DNA of 64,000 nucleotides from Gammaproteobacteria bacterium (GTDB lineage Bacteria; Pseudomonadota; Gammaproteobacteria; UBA1113): NCBI GenBank assembly GCA_965230425.1, contig CBDDKW010000008.1, positions 73,667 to 137,666 of the forward strand, read 5' to 3'. Shown piece by piece: positions 55,312 to 64,000 of this stretch (position 1 is its first letter; each line of letters starts with the position of its first letter). The notes under the pieces were generated by a model. It saw only the letters and a program-made list of their open reading frames with translations, ran no database searches and was not told where the DNA came from. The position numbers and the translations under genes were made by a program.

Positions 55312-55776
55312 ATGGCAAATCAAGAGTTTTCACTAGCTTATCCCGCTAGAATTATCCAAGAAGGTGATGGTTTTGTAGTAACTTTCCGTGATTTAATCAA
55401 TATTTTTACTGAGGGTGATACATATGAGGAAGCATTATTTAATGCTCAAGAAGTGTTGGATATTTTATTATTAGATATGGCACAAGATGAATTAGAAATT
55501 GCGGACCCATCTAATTGTCGTAAAGGCGAAGTATTAGTAACTGTGAGTCCAGAGGTGGCGGTACCAGTCTTATTACATAAATTACGTTTAGCAAGAAATT
55601 ACACAATGGCGGACGTTGCTCGCTCTATGGGGGTAAGTTATCAAAATTATCAACAGATAGAAGCCGGAAAAAACATAACTTTAAAGAGTTTAAAACGTGC
55701 TGCTGCATCACTGGGTGCGATTGTGGAAATCAAGTTACATGCGTTGAGCGATCTTGAGTTAAAGGAAATAAAATAA
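55312..55776 (+). CDS. hicB: HicB antitoxin (HicB N-domain plus C-terminal XRE-type HTH)
   Basis: YPARIIQEGDGFVVTFRDLINIFTEGDTYEEALFNAQEVLDILL matches the HicB RNase-H-like fold. The C-terminal HTH (LARNYTMADVARSMGVSYQNYQQIEAG) follows. It starts 11 bp after the hicA stop with an AGGTGA RBS. Confidence 0.85.
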   Translation: MANQEFSLAYPARIIQEGDGFVVTFRDLINIFTEGDTYEEALFNAQEVLDILLLDMAQDELEIADPSNCRKGEVLVTVSPEVAVPVLLHKLRLARNYTMADVARSMGVSYQNYQQIEAGKNITLKSLKRAAASLGAIVEIKLHALSDLELKEIK

Positions 55777-55787
55777 TTATAAACTTC

Positions 55788-56000
55788 TTATTTTAGATTG
55801 GTACGAGAAGTTTCGAACCTTAGAAAGTCAGGCTCACCGGTGAATTCGTAAATAATTTGGGGCCAAACTTTCTTTTGAACTTCTTCTAGCTTAGTTTCGA
55901 GCAATTCAACAATAATTTCATTGAGAGTTTTCTCCGAGGATTTAGCATAGACAGCCAGTTCATGGTAAAAATCATCGTTGATGTTAATTTCAAGTTTCAT
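55788..56000 (-). CDS. Ribbon-helix-helix (CopG/Arc-like) small protein, probable orphan antitoxin
   Basis: 70 aa. The N-terminal MKLEININDDFYHELAVYAKSSEKTLNEIIVELLE fits an RHH beta-strand plus two helices. There is no adjacent toxin ORF. Confidence 0.45.
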   Translation of the reverse strand: MKLEININDDFYHELAVYAKSSEKTLNEIIVELLETKLEEVQKKVWPQIIYEFTGEPDFLRFETSRTNLK

Positions 56001-56124
56001 AACAGCTCCTTATGCTTAATTATTTTAAACAATAGCATCTTATGTATTTCTGTCATTATTGAGAAAAGTATTCACTATTCATAATGCGCTGCGCATATTT
56101 ATAAATGGCGCAATACGTGTGTTA

Positions 56125-57537
56125 TTAGCCAGTAGGAAGCGTATTTTTATGTAATTGGTTAACATTAGTAATATTCCGAAAGCTTTCTAAGCTTTGATAA
56201 AGTAATTCTGTTCGTTGCTCACCTAGAATAGATGCTGCATTTTGTTGAAACTTCATATAGACATCATCTTTGGTCATTAAATTTTCCGGACTACCTTTAG
56301 GATCAGTAACTCTTAGCTCAAAATTTTCGCCAGTATTCGTTGTGATTAAAACAATAACACCATTTTTCTTAGGAAATTGTGAGTCAGCCAGGTCATCCAT
56401 AAAGATATTAATTCTGTTAGCCAATGCCTTGACCTCTTGATTATTAATTACTTGTTTCGTGTAAGATCGCATTGTAGGTGGTGATATGATTAACGATAAT
56501 GCCAAAGTAAAACTTATACTGAATTGTGCACCAAGTTCGTCTTTTGGAATAATAATTTGTCCAGCATGAGATAATGTGAAAGCACTGACTCCTACGTGAA
56601 CAGATTTAATATCTGCTTGTGTCAATTGATTGTTACTACAAATTTGTGTAAAGGCTTCAATTGCAGGATGGATCAAATAGCAGCAGTTATAAGGTTTAAA
56701 CATCAGTGTTGATAAAATGTAATTTTCGCCAATTTTTTCTAGTAAACGTTCAGGATGTGCATTCCCTCTACCGAAAATAGCCCATAACCCTTTGTCACCG
56801 TCAATAATTGTTTCAGGACCAGTAATTCCTTCTTTTGCTAGTAGTGCTGCTTCAACACCTGCTTTTGCACCTAAGCCAGTGTGTATTCGCTTGACCGAGC
56901 CGCCAGAAAGAGTATATTCGACAAGTCCACCAGCGTAACTACCACATATTCCCAGTGCGTTAACTAATTGTTTTTCATCCAACTCTAATAATAAACCTGC
57001 AGCAATGGCCGCACCAAATGGACCAACAGTTGGAGGGGTGTGATGTCCACCTTGAATGCAGGCGGGACACAATGAGTGTGCCAGCCTGAGCATAATTTCC
57101 ATACCAATAATAATTGCTTTAATAACCTGCTCACCAGGTGAACCTAAATGCTCTCCGACGGCTATAGCGACAGGGATAACAACGCTGCCAGGATGCGTTT
57201 GAGCTTCTTGGTGGCTATCATCGAAGTCTTGTGCATGGGCAAAAGACCCATTGATAAAAGCAGCATCTATCATAGACACTTTATCTAAGTATGTTGTGAT
57301 GCTACTTTTGCCACTACTCGTACTATATTTTGTATGAGTTCTATATATAACTTTACTCCATTGAAATTCGCTACCACCAATTTGTAATCCATACTGATCA
57401 ATAAGAGCTAGAATTGCTGTTTGATATACGTTATGAGGGATGTTATTGGCATTGAACGTTGTTACTGCAAATTTTACAAGTTTGGTGGCTATGGTCATTG
57501 CTTTTTCCTTTAAAAATAATAAATTATTAACTTTCAA
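56125..57537 (-). CDS. MmgE/PrpD-family protein (2-methylcitrate dehydratase-like)
   Basis: 470 aa with the conserved SFAHAQDFDDSH and GxxHPG motifs. Its start overlaps the rsmE stop (ATGA). Confidence 0.8.
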   Translation of the reverse strand: MKVNNLLFLKEKAMTIATKLVKFAVTTFNANNIPHNVYQTAILALIDQYGLQIGGSEFQWSKVIYRTHTKYSTSSGKSSITTYLDKVSMIDAAFINGSFAHAQDFDDSHQEAQTHPGSVVIPVAIAVGEHLGSPGEQVIKAIIIGMEIMLRLAHSLCPACIQGGHHTPPTVGPFGAAIAAGLLLELDEKQLVNALGICGSYAGGLVEYTLSGGSVKRIHTGLGAKAGVEAALLAKEGITGPETIIDGDKGLWAIFGRGNAHPERLLEKIGENYILSTLMFKPYNCCYLIHPAIEAFTQICSNNQLTQADIKSVHVGVSAFTLSHAGQIIIPKDELGAQFSISFTLALSLIISPPTMRSYTKQVINNQEVKALANRINIFMDDLADSQFPKKNGVIVLITTNTGENFELRVTDPKGSPENLMTKDDVYMKFQQNAASILGEQRTELLYQSLESFRNITNVNQLHKNTLPTG

Positions 57538-58256
57538 ACATCCCCATACTTGCTCTGCAACATAGTCAATGCAGCGACAGTGGCTGTATCAGTACGTAAT
57601 AGCCGTGGGCCTAATTGTTTGCCAATAAATCCATGTTCTAGGGCAAGTGTCACTTCCTTTTGTGAAAAGCCACCTTCGGGACCAATGAGCAAGGTTGCGG
57701 ATGTAGGGGATTGGCTAGGTAACTGTTGTTCACCGCTGGGATCAAAAATGACTTTTAAATCACTATTTACAATACCTAACCAGGTGGCTAATTTTTCAGG
57801 TGGGTGTAATTGCGGGATTTGATTCCGACCACATTGCTCGCAAGCACTGATGATAATGGCTTGCCAGTGTTGCAGGCGTTTTTCAATGCGCTCAGCATTT
57901 AATTTTACAGTGCAAAATTCTGTGAATAGGGGGGTAATCTCACTGACGCCTAATTCAATGGATTTTTGGATCACAGCATCCATACGTTCACCACGGGCGA
58001 TACTTTGACCTAAGTGAAGCTTTAAGGGGGATTCTACATCGCCTTGTTTACAAAAATTAATGGCAATTTCTACGTGACGTTTTTCAATCTGGGTAATTTG
58101 GCCATGATATTCATGGCCATCACCATTAAACAATATGATAGGCTCATTCACACGTAAGCGTAATACTTTGGCTACATGATTAGCTGCATTACTTTCAAGG
58201 GTAATAGCCTGTCCTTGTTGTAGCTCAGTATCTTGGTAAATGCGGTGAATGGTCAT
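57534..58256 (-). CDS. rsmE: 16S rRNA (uracil1498-N3)-methyltransferase
   Basis: 240 aa with an N-terminal PUA-like RIY...GQAITL region, a GDGHEYHGQI motif and a C-terminal SPOUT fold (LLIGPEGGFSQKEV). Confidence 0.85.
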   Translation of the reverse strand: MTIHRIYQDTELQQGQAITLESNAANHVAKVLRLRVNEPIILFNGDGHEYHGQITQIEKRHVEIAINFCKQGDVESPLKLHLGQSIARGERMDAVIQKSIELGVSEITPLFTEFCTVKLNAERIEKRLQHWQAIIISACEQCGRNQIPQLHPPEKLATWLGIVNSDLKVIFDPSGEQQLPSQSPTSATLLIGPEGGFSQKEVTLALEHGFIGKQLGPRLLRTDTATVAALTMLQSKYGDV

Positions 58257-58366
58257 GGTGATATCCTTACCAGGGTTGCCACATGGGTTGGATTATTTAA
58301 GTATCAAGGAGTAATGCTTGCAATTTCTTAGGCCGTGAGTTGCACAGCCTAAGAAAACATGCCCGC

Positions 58367-59746
<1,380 letters not shown>

Positions 59747-59904
59747 TTATGCTAGGGGATCCTCAAAATGTATGGAGGTAAAAAAATATTTACGTGTAAT
59801 GATTAACGCAATCCCATTTAAATCTCTTAACTTGAGTATTGGTCATTTTGCCTGGTAATCAACACTCAGTATTCAAAGCAATGTATTATCTGCTCTGATA
59901 AATC

Positions 59905-61062
59905 TTACTTGGCTGCCTCACGTAAAGCGTCGGCTTTATCCGTCGCTTCCCAACTAAAATCAGCGTGGTTACGACCAAAGTGACCATAAGCAGCAGTTTG
60001 GCGGTAAATAGGCCGAATTAAATCCAGCATAGAGATAATACCATAAGGGCGTAAGTCAAAATGCTCTTTGATGAGAGCAATAATGTTGTCATTACTGATT
60101 TTGCCGGTACCAAAGGTATCTACAAATAAAGAGGTAGGTTCAGCTACGCCAATGGCATAGGCAATTTGTACCTCACATTGGTCTGCTAAACCTGCTGCGA
60201 CGATATTCTTGGCAACGTAACGGCCAGCGTAGGCAGCAGAGCGATCGACTTTTGAAGGATCTTTACCTGAGAAACAACCACCGCCATGGCGCGCCATACC
60301 ACCGTAAGTATCGACAATAATTTTACGTCCAGTCATACCACAATCGCTAGCAGGGCCACCGATAACAAAGCGCCCTGTAGGATTGATAAAGTATTTTGTT
60401 TGCGGCGTGATCCATTGCTTAGGGATCACTGGTTTAACAATTTCTTCAATCACTGCTTCGGTTAATTGCGTATGTTCGATGTCAGGACTGTGTTGGGTGG
60501 AAAGTACGACGGTATCCACAGCGACAGGTTTGCCATCTTCATATTGGAAGGTTAGCTGGCTTTTCGCATCAGGGCGTAACCATGCTAAGGTGCCATTCTT
60601 ACGTAGTTCTGCTTGGCGCTGTACTAACCGATGAGAATAGGTAATAGGTGCTGGCATTAATACATCAGTTTCATTACTAGCATAGCCAAACATTAAACCT
60701 TGATCACCGGCGCCTTGTTCTTCATCGCTGGCACGATCGACACCCATGGCGATGTCAGCAGATTGTTTACCGATGGACGTTAAAATAGCACAAGAAGCCC
60801 AGTCAAAGCCCATCTCTGAACTGTTATAGCCGATATCACGGATAACTTCACGGGCGATTTCTTCAGCATCGACCCAAGCAGAGGTGGTTACTTCACCTGC
60901 TACTAAAACCATGCCGGTTTTGACTAATACCTCACAGGCAACTCGCGCTTTCGGATCTTGGTCAATAATTGCATCTAAAATGGCATCTGAAATCTGATCA
61001 GCCACTTTATCCGGATGGCCCTCAGAGACAGACTCTGAAGTAAATATGCCAGAATGATTCAT
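59905..61062 (-). CDS. metK: S-adenosylmethionine synthetase
   Basis: [23 protein letters not shown] start, a [12 protein letters not shown] signature and a C-terminal [23 protein letters not shown] motif ([19 protein letters not shown]). Confidence 0.95.
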   Translation of the reverse strand: MNHSGIFTSESVSEGHPDKVADQISDAILDAIIDQDPKARVACEVLVKTGMVLVAGEVTTSAWVDAEEIAREVIRDIGYNSSEMGFDWASCAILTSIGKQSADIAMGVDRASDEEQGAGDQGLMFGYASNETDVLMPAPITYSHRLVQRQAELRKNGTLAWLRPDAKSQLTFQYEDGKPVAVDTVVLSTQHSPDIEHTQLTEAVIEEIVKPVIPKQWITPQTKYFINPTGRFVIGGPASDCGMTGRKIIVDTYGGMARHGGGCFSGKDPSKVDRSAAYAGRYVAKNIVAAGLADQCEVQIAYAIGVAEPTSLFVDTFGTGKISNDNIIALIKEHFDLRPYGIISMLDLIRPIYRQTAAYGHFGRNHADFSWEATDKADALREAAK

Positions 61063-61491
61063 AGTATCTCTCTTGTGTTTATTTTGAACAATTAGAGGTT
61101 AATTATCGATAAACTTATTAATCGAGGCCGCATCATACTAAAGTTTGCGCAAGGATTCATCTTTTTTGTCCTTTTGCGCGAGAACAGGGTAAATTACATG
61201 ATGTTCAGCTAAATTTCGTCAATGTTGTTGACGTTTTCCGATCTTGCTATATAAACCGGACAAATAGCATGTTACATATACCGGACATATGACATGTTAC
61301 CAACAGCTAGAAAATGAACAGTTGCTCAAAACCTCATCCTGAGCGACAATATGCGCCCTAAAAATCAATCTTGGCTGAAGCATTCATGAATGATGGATAA
61401 ATTGACATTGTTGCCGAATGTTTGGTCAGTTTAATATGGCTTTTTTTATTGCAAAGACAATACAAAGAGCACGACTTTAAGGAGTACACCA

Positions 61492-63482
61492 TGCCATCCC
61501 GTAAAGATCTTGCCAATGCTATCCGTGCTTTGAGCATGGATGCCGTGCAACAGGCGAATTCTGGTCACCCCGGTATGCCTATGGGAATGGCAGATATTGC
61601 CGAAGTACTATGGAATGACTTTTTAAAACATGATCCGCAGCAGCCAGAATGGCTAAATCGTGATCGTTTTATCCTCTCCAATGGCCATGGTTCTATGTTG
61701 CACTATAGTTTGCTGCATTTAGCGGGCTATGATCTAAGTCTTGAAGAATTAAAGAATTTTCGTCAATTACATTCACAAACCCCAGGCCATCCTGAATATG
61801 GCGATACCATAGGGGTGGAAACAACTACTGGGCCTTTAGGCCAAGGCTTGGCAAATGCCGTGGGTATGGCCATTGCTGAGCGCTCATTGGCGGCACAATT
61901 CAATCGCCCAGGTTATCAACTTATCGAGCATTTTACCTACGTTTTCGCCGGAGATGGCTGCATGATGGAGGGAGTTTCTCATGAGGCATGTTCTTTAGCC
62001 GGTACCCTAGGCCTGGGCCATTTGATTTGTTTTTGGGATGATAATGATATTTCCATCGATGGTAATGTCAGTGGTTGGTTTACTGATGATACGCCAGCCC
62101 GCTTCCGTGCCTATGGCTGGCATGTGGTGCCAAATGTGGATGGTCATGATCCGGCGGCAGTGAAACAGGCTATTGAAGAAGCCCGCGAAATTACTGATAA
62201 GCCAAGTTTAATTTGTTGCAAAACTATCATTGGCTATGGTGCACCGAATGCCGCAGGGGGTGCGAAGTGCCATGGTGCGCCGCTAGGTGATGCTGAAATT
62301 CAAGCTGCTCGTGAACAATTAGGTTGGCAGCATCCTGCTTTTGAGATCCCGCAAGATGTCTATGCAGCATGGGATGCTAAGGAGCAAGGTAGCCAACGCT
62401 ATGCGCAGTGGCAAACTCTGTTTGCTGCCTATGAAAATGAATATCCAGAATTGGCTGCTGAATTTAAGCGTCGTTTAAGTGCTGAATTGCCGGCCCAGTG
62501 GTCTGCGCAAGCGACGGTTTATATAGCCCAATGTCAACAGCAAGCAGAATCAGTGGCAAGCCGGAAAGCGTCGCAAATGGCTTTAAATGCTTATGGTCCT
62601 GTATTACCTGAACTGTTAGGTGGTTCAGCCGATTTAAGTGGCTCAAATTTGACGAATTGGAGTGGTTCTGAGGTGCTAAATGCTGAGCATCCGGCCGGGA
62701 ACTATATCCATTATGGTGTCCGTGAATTTGGTATGTCAGCTATCGCGAATGGGATGGCCCTATACAGAGGCTTTATACCTTATGTAGGAACATTCTTAAC
62801 CTTTTTAGATTATGCGCGTAATGCTGTGCGTATGTCCGCACTGATGAAGCAGCGCGTGATTTATGTTTACACGCACGACTCTATCGGCTTGGGTGAAGAT
62901 GGCCCTACACACCAGCCTATTGAACATGCCGCTATGCTGCGATTGACACCGAATATGTCAGTCTGGCGCCCCTGTGATACCACGGAAACGGCCGTTGCTT
63001 GGCGTATGGCTATTGAGAAACAACAGGGTCCTACCAGTTTATTATTGTCTCGCCAAAGCTTACCGCATCAAGCGCGTAATGAAGAGCAAGTGGCTCAAAT
63101 TCAGCGAGGTGGTTATATCTTACGCGATAGCGAGGGTGAACCTACTGTGATTTTAATTGCCACAGGATCAGAAGTGAGTTTAGCTATGCAAGCGGCTGAA
63201 GTTTTAGGTAAACATGTGCGCGTGGTCTCTATGCCTTCTTGCGATTATTTTGACCAGCAGGATGAAAGTTATAAAGAGCAAGTCTTACCGAGCCATGTGC
63301 AAAGGCGTGTAGCCATCGAAACTGGCAGTAAAGATTATTGGTATAAATATGTTGGCCAACAAGGGCGTATTATTGGCATGAGTCAATTTGGCCTGTCAGC
63401 ACCCGCTAAGCAATTAATGCAAATATTTGGTTTTTCTAGCGAGAACATCGTAAGTACAGTAAAAGAATTAATGGGAGAATAA
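61492..63482 (+). CDS. tkt: Transketolase
   Basis: Start at [28 protein letters not shown], preceded by AAGGAG. The ORF tracker's 61422 start adds 23 unlikely codons. TPP-binding motif [13 protein letters not shown]. Confidence 0.93.
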
Positions 63483-63486
63483 GTAA

Positions 63487-64000
63487 TGGCCATTAGAATC
63501 GCAATCAATGGGTATGGGCGAATTGGTAAATGTATTTTAAGAGCAATTTTCGAAGCTGGTCGCGAGAAAGAATTTGAATTAGTGGCACTGAATGATACGG
63601 GTAGTTTAGAAAGTTGTTTACATTTGACACGCTATGATTCAACTCATGGTCGTTTCAATATGGATGTAAATTATCAAGATGATCATATTATTATCAATGG
63701 TTATCGCATTCGCCGTTTGTCCGACCGTAATCCTCAGCACTTGCCTTGGGGTGAGTTGGATGTGGATATTGTTTTAGAGTGTTCCGGCCATTTTCGTAAT
63801 CGTGAAAAGGCTATGCAACATTTAAGTGCTGGCGCAAAGAAAATCCTGATTTCTGCACCGGCAGGTAAAGATGTAGATGCGACGGTGGTCTATGGGGTGA
63901 ACCATGGCATTTTACGCGCAGAAGACCGTATTGTTTCTAATGCCTCTTGTACAACTAATTGCTTAGCGCCTCTAGTTAAACCACTACATGAACAGATTGG
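63487..64000 (+). CDS. gap: Glyceraldehyde-3-phosphate dehydrogenase (partial, continues beyond window end)
   Basis: MAIRIAINGYGRIGKCILRA (NAD-binding GxGxxG) and active-site SNASCTTNCLAP. It begins 4 bp after tkt. Confidence 0.92.

Overview
This 64-kb window looks like a chromosomal region of an AT-rich (~40% GC) gammaproteobacterium. By gene content it is probably a Legionellales-like intracellular organism, but that is inference. Housekeeping genes (hslVU, argS, prlC, aroE, priA, valine-catabolism genes, murI, hemB, rsmE, ahcY, metK, tkt, gap) alternate with accessory material.

The dominant feature is a single 16.4-kb ORF (5682..22049, minus strand) encoding a 5455-aa protein. It has a clear NACHT NTPase domain (Walker A GRAGIGKST, Walker B IWDGLDE), a long helical repeat region, about 15 RNI-type leucine-rich-repeat units (partly near-identical at the DNA level) and a degenerate Rab-like GTPase fragment at the extreme C-terminus. 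Immediately upstream on the same strand are a pentapeptide-repeat protein and an ankyrin-repeat patatin-like phospholipase, so a 3-gene operon is plausible. This is the best candidate for an undescribed system: a giant bacterial NLR-like protein with eukaryote-like partners.

Other notable items:
- A ~160-bp Tc1/mariner-type MITE (25-27-bp perfect TIRs, TA duplication) sits inside a higB/Gp49-like toxin gene. Excising it restores the reading frame.
- A second dispersed MITE/REP-like repeat family with ~50-bp inverted arms has 4-5 intergenic copies.
- A hicAB module has hicA frameshifted in an A6 run, an enoyl-CoA hydratase is frameshifted in an A8 run, and there are orphan Phd-like and RHH antitoxins. 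Together these suggest genome decay or homopolymer sequencing error.
- An AT-flanked 3-gene island encodes an 857-aa unknown protein, an FAD-dependent oxidoreductase and a DyP-type peroxidase.
- A lysine/alanine-rich histone H1-like gene carries 84-bp tandem repeats.
- A 15-bp tandem repeat array lies in a promoter region.

No rRNA, tRNA or CRISPR was seen.
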